The position numbers were made by a program, and so were the translations under genes. 64,000 bases of DNA from contig BGZN01000001.1 in NCBI GenBank assembly GCA_003864455.1, positions 49,677 through 113,676 of the forward strand, read 5' to 3'. Under the pieces are notes generated by a model. It did not search any database and was not told the DNA's origin. It worked only from the letters and a program-made list of their open reading frames with translations. The DNA comes from Candidatus Termititenax aidoneus (GTDB lineage: Bacteria > Margulisbacteria > Termititenacia > Termititenacales > Termititenacaceae). Shown here piece by piece: positions 63,001 to 64,000 of this stretch; the stretch's first letter is position 1, and every line of letters starts with the position of its first letter.

Positions 63001-64000
63001 AAAGACCAGAAATTATCTTCTCCGCCTTTGATATGCTTGCCGATATTCATCGTTTCCGCGACGGCTTCTTGTGTGTTGTACTTATTCACACTCCACCAGG
63101 AAGCATTGGCGTCCGGCTTGCTGCCTTCGGCGGAATTACCGGCATTGACACCTTTCAATGTATTCAGAGCGCTATAGGCGGCTTTGGCTGTAGTGCCTGT
63201 CCACACGCCGGGCACCCACATGTCCGATTCGTAAAAACCCTGAATTGTTTTATTGGCGTCTTTGTCCAACTGCTTATAAGAGGCGTTGTAGCTATCCGCC
63301 ACATACCCGGCCTTGGGGTTGAATCTCTGCACAGTGCGGCTGTAGAGATTGTTTTCGAGACTGTACTCCTGGCCGAAATCCACGGCGAGGGACAGCGCCT
63401 CGGCCGGCACGTAACTGTTCATGGACAGCAGATCCTCGGCGGTCTTGACCAGCTCCAATTGCAATTGCGGGCTGACTATCCTGTCCGAAAAATCAAAAAC
63501 TCGGGTTGCGCCGCTGCTGTCCTCATAGAGCATGACCCATTGTTTCTCACCGGAAGCTTTGTCTGTGGCTTCGCAGACACGCGCGTTGGGCAGGGTGATA
63601 CCCTGCTTAGCGGCGAGAGCCAGAAGCGCATTGACCGCCAGCAAAGCCAGATTTTGTGAAGCGCCGGCTTTGGTGTCGATGACTAAACTCTGGCTTGGGA
63701 AAACATCCTGCAAATCTAAACACTGATATTCAGTTTTGATAAAATTAAAAAGCTTGGCGGCGATCTCGTCCATAGAAAGCCCGGTCAAATCCATCGCGCT
63801 TTCAAACTCCGCTAAAAATTTGCTCACAGCCGGATCGGTCGGATCGATATAAGCCTTAGCATTATTTTCCAGAGCTTCGAGCTGCGCCGCCGCGCCAAAA
63901 ACTTTGTTGTCGTTGAAACGGAAATACACATCGAATTTCAGTTCGCTGGCCTGTTTCAGATCGGAGAGCTTGGCGATATTGCCTTGTTCGGCAAAAGCGG
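51075..64000 (-). CDS. Giant hypothetical protein, more than 4,300 aa; N-terminus beyond the right window edge
   Basis: ORF track: 4,284 codons from GTG 63929. I read the 23 in-frame codons upstream (63930-63998: AFAEQGNIAKLSDLKQASELKFD) and found no stop, so the ORF is open to the edge. Gly/Ala-rich hydrophobic blocks, a recurrent helical module, coiled-coil duplication and a PAPAPAPAPAPNPEPEPVPEPAPV tail. No known enzymatic or adhesin motif recognised. Confidence 0.85.
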   Translation of the reverse strand, partial: AFAEQGNIAKLSDLKQASELKFDVYFRFNDNKVFGAAAQLEALENNAKAYIDPTDPAVSKFLAEFESAMDLTGLSMDEIAAKLFNFIKTEYQCLDLQDVFPSQSLVIDTKAGASQNLALLAVNALLALAAKQGITLPNARVCEATDKASGEKQWVMLYEDSSGATRVFDFSDRIVSPQLQLELVKTAEDLLSMNSYVPAEALSLAVDFGQEYSLENNLYSRTVQRFNPKAGYVADSYNASYKQLDKDANKTIQGFYESDMWVPGVWTGTTAKAAYSALNTLKGVNAGNSAEGSKPDANASWWSVNKYNTQEAVAETMNIGKHIKGGEDNFWSFDDASFEEARGKLLLQRAVLSFLAMVMEAQNEAYNIVGAELERVGSDEAYKSMKASQIISTETDMLLKGVNELKKEAVGIVAQHNQLLESIKTKEADSWQQAIERATTLTSLLGMLVVTPLSLLANAGSSATDVSNATASALNMFVSEPATATTASLAEGVKDGLGTASIALGTATTAAAIIGVGAMASLTTAGIVGFLGGNTGVAIGVALGGMAAAVIAAIVVAGILTAAAVTATATSIAGSVASVAQALVPGGQPTAIATAIATKVTNEISQEANKQLSDTVSGMTNKAIGLLATALSATSSITKSVFASAKASQITGKKRDAAQTSLLNSEYSAQKWLVEPGTNTYAADKANAASPLHAIASNMYAQYDLLDQVESVRFKQGPDGLIYENDEKLLEMELQLNSLQNINRVLISLHSGKANARNAVHTELTSKSGYTTSSLAESLTEQEQSLIVEKFNELKTVRQEFIAAFNAHEQAVTEAVKTAARAALDTAALVYGFISLALGNKTPGGQTVLTLAGAIFDKLEFLWDKDDVRPHLSLSRFEGSGSAADSPAGSDILSRAAYVGSFASTGEQMKNVQAEFGKGVVTSFYGPTSGSASAKVGTGTADAKENPLASISRLGDQAASLLGGASGSIPNNDVQGLINGVFGGGGNTWTGFGYSFENDGLRKDTPKQYQMLYRARIAQLRLDALAKTNVARAAFMLERYELESRNIVHQELTNANTYNVTSIAEQALSAELNYVNSVIAAYTQREEQRVQSANARLERDQGRIKSLLVGITGPLSWLTALAYDAIAWDTHLKIDPQGSIKAINISGNGGIGAAEAAALDKSRAVFYDKTSGTSKNSSAESVYSGFQYSDYIDGNEVSGFASGFFGIDVKIHHLTLNYKKMEETMSAIYGDSYLTAILQSMYSARSASRNMVHQVLTNIGGVALSGYSQAAVSAEQQFAAQKASDFAQNVNDMLALQQKHLDAQTAFNDAGVKAIISGIGMGVIGAMAIATLASPYFFTKFFGVIEMMYGYAALSNAILDLVSSIWTFFKAYPELLEKEQKQRDDAVKLGKKTMQNKVSYDEDRTTLNETEAPEITASTGAGAKFQLQMAQAQLKKTERLKTILRKLHKAKNDARSRVTSKISGTSGAQIIASAEMIAGAESGLAEALLNQLVNIAQGRENLENKQDALIDKMLSAGSSVISATAKALKTAETLKNSWAKEMTVDKYEKVKDENGNVVKDTDDKPMMTTKEKTYKGIFGTGRFMIGADETGSGADFGNTGLGQMINNFKQALGLGRNTGSSAEGGGQNNNAFGINADKVDGNGRGGATFGSVAIGLLQLAVDILDGKLFELGALTARQQPTVMVTAAAEPETITGSGGGTRGSHNVDEYTDQDIFRDVEDFKDVESVLSGTQGVDTEYIPGKTTYSAEVSYRNLGTNERGAQAQHTIVELDVTDPNKLFQQRTSVINGGVGSYSGMQTGDFAGDDERVKYAVTQMGKDKTNNSVIGMSEADYNARVEAIENNGGSYSRNGYTYTLKDGVIQVSGGNIPQGKSVSIMSDKMISEASGGSFQMQSNGQMQVGIFGGPARETTTPGTTTQKPNGLFTFGGDSSESFSSAQLDAAIASEKPVNVGGKDYKVERDGNGGYKLCRTDKVSTGSHKEYVRTDQVKTGSHEELDDTAAVSMDFDGATYKGTINFTGENGPTLSIDGIGEFALEQQDNGSWKALDPDNLLGGVSVSGTYNSETGEINIDATKAGETRGSSSVPAASLSLTGEPKSKKSVEVTVSPVSIAGEDKPAAAGASSSTAAGQNSAPAIASTSGGALDADTSGGQAPAGTGGEADTPAPAGAAASSGKATVTYGKDGNAQSLTVKAGGQTYTGKAKHNDDGSVSFEMSGGGMKGTATLNENGELSMTMTDVHSNAFNNGTMAAINNVTKALENIAKAIAANLGAKEKAGEMKGAVDGELLALLDPRDAKELMSTLVSSYMTESEKLVQATSAANEAVSNLMHGRGGDVSTREGTVFGLIQLAAKSIQEKIYDSRDRALAIDSSVVQAMLNDPGFVPGGDGKAFLEWLSIHHPQEFENLVERYEKEVLKPVAEILQQRGLGEAASYQAAADLFIHAAKNPDTDFSAAELRGNISQGISLQRISDAELEEAFAKAQGVATGEGAAARNAVHAMLDDNNKGYESVRADFTASKDKFASYEKRAVSVGGREITYYVKSNKDGAPQIMLPRDQAYTAEEIQAVAADFCSPLPENPTPEQQTEYEAAAQTVIIYKEAGTGELKTTTIAEINTAKIDAVEKGGDLQAAEEASAQTEAPAAALPEKTITQAKKDYEAFMGLYEVFGGYQEIQYTNEEVGNLLKERLSEPPPAPLPGPVFSSKKVAAAWNKACAKWDKAVAEAIKARADGQPLPKLPDFPQPDEFLPKGTSLSEEDRAIWTDRAKTLPGEQKTFIEAQEAFQQKQSWLNELGVSFPRGFTQGGDQPCLVTIDTAKLPPDMLDEVLNFLGGDGNFVVRVDNQVFDLAGGGNGSIKSPRQQCLDAITTGVNKTHPGRGLSLTTRVARGDAARKRAIESELANDPRTRRESAISTAAVAGLEEQKAMHRLNIAKKLGVPVGFMPGESFENIVNLPPLGGGFDSRTYARKMDDISKTADTWIKSYQDLAQQQQPKGLTEKQREEYDNLLKVRAQAELEKSNPGSTRGPGQAEQTRAAIENNPQIRQQMLADKIAAEIVPGKDEDIIAEVLSLPPKEITELETRITEQEKQIAELEAQITGLSAQIEAAKNSDPPLSEEALQEQKDALQGLLQERKNILQGLQSDLREQKINFVGDSFKTDQSNPKPLNAVKDRVSTLLNGKISELDEQIAELRAQIEAAENSDPPLSKDDLQKQKDALQGQITGLESKKADLQDYQNAIQGDVDEVNNGMLIPNEETNVSETPAPPKTESSTEAVVRAKAAQELIADNQKLQELEITLLTGFPELAKYAESITAEGFTQAVTSIEYQLRFGGRSLNDIPEYQMLTAALRTALLQTQQRLNAITPRYEELKDKEGTLSPDEKIELAELEGEIKQMRFDLKEIEYNQGKLGEIIRALQASIGDSVSAAGSAHANGLSRSAGGIYSRVAVLANNMETTAELLQLNRRDMNRLDAKIIALADPKNVANVNLENVTPLFKEQLNILLDPRQSMSGAAGRLINERFNTLEGNIVRGASIAEIESSIVNLRDELQAAGILNGDNIAAFDQIFGLTNPWQEGSFLSAYGQLTEYGQTICTSIGEKNPSEALSKNKENLLAIYVLKTMELLDKPLQMTFYHESAMAADVNRIGAAALSISAQKNMFANAWLSQHFRRDSDPQDESKPKPTLSNRAWSALSNNFVGIMDNPLLTLEEKQNKLAALLMQESEIITQLALGGFTLNLENISNDPKLAAYNTQLSETTGDSGQDSAAFSAFLRKEFPGIDRQIPGWWSITNNAREEEFSAAFGINNTLGRSLKQLGKTAVNNYHRGNLSLIGRQAVEYSEQSPNGGAQFTSTVLTAERAQCTAINNIGDGPGVKDGVEILQAISEDVESMLADLDTYAPLQESNQSALLYRAGVILNIKEVIVDNGLSQDQDLADRVEKDLAETLLDIESTFTQTADSGETIPNPQGFQDYIVGELIFTKNPAVNTSGQEPNIGGQLSSVAGGIDDLRAVCGTQFASADGLLTNADILQKVLGKEINPALIAALTNTKEPGVEISGAIRYKPNSANEINYEASRIAILGLGDQALAELGLEEEKIKFLQNPQGDQAKLQSIIDELAKKLKGNISVLVGADKAQIYATANQEQNGQSILGSFGNNGNPLPSSDNLRNLSTEQKVNYQGIIEQEIGLALDRAENTTGQRPAIATFTVDNEGVKTEVEAQLDAIYGQGLWTNIIQVMTNDELENNGVSVPSGSVEPGEGLKGTYVTLTTGSGAIDFVDDDTLRAYADGLKLAEAKPQPAPAPAPAPAPNPEPEPVPEPAPV

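Noticed and set aside
51504-63726. Numerous plus-strand ORFs of 60-400 aa inside the giant gene (for example 58803-60005, 60801-61619, 54400-54984, 62347-62748)
   Set aside because: All lie antisense to one continuous 4,284-codon frame. They are compositionally biased (Ala/Ser/Arg runs mirroring the sense-strand Ala/Gly/Thr content). None has an RBS or a recognisable motif.

Overview
64-kb window, about 50% GC with several sharply AT-rich islands. It looks like an uncultivated diderm bacterium; taxonomy cannot be assigned from sequence alone. The backbone is housekeeping and envelope genes: dnaG-rpoD plus two further sigma-70 paralogs, topA, ppdK, pth, hisA, galE, panC, proB, queF, smpB, a fabF-like gene, tatA-tatC, an MsbA-like ABC exporter, an LpxB-like gene, rfbD, an LptD-like gene, lnt and 3 tRNAs. 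Accessory content is dense: five type II toxin-antitoxin pairs, a PvuII-like C/R/M restriction-modification island beside two tRNAs and an IS1595 transposase relic, and a single-gene DUF3800 island.

Both window edges cut very large minus-strand ORFs. One is 4,284 codons (51075-63929) and stays open to the right edge. The other is 1,258 codons (1-3776), missing from the ORF track only because its stop lies outside the window. Neither shows motifs of known giant-protein classes; the giant ORF is my best candidate for something undescribed.

Other observations:
- Two small cassettes (a sigma factor gene, a Phd/ParE pair) sit just downstream of host genes and are bracketed by a second copy of the host gene's last 13-17 codons.
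- A 74-aa stand-alone HisKA (DHp-only) protein is translationally coupled to an NtrC-type regulator.
- An acidic protein carries a near-perfect 24-bp in-frame tandem array behind a C9/Pro-Pro-Pro upstream ORF.
- Structured 3' trailers are conserved behind two different tRNAs.
- The FabF-like enzyme lacks its second catalytic His.
- Several genes look leaderless.

All family calls rest on motifs read by eye and on recall of family signatures. No BLAST, HMM or folding was run.
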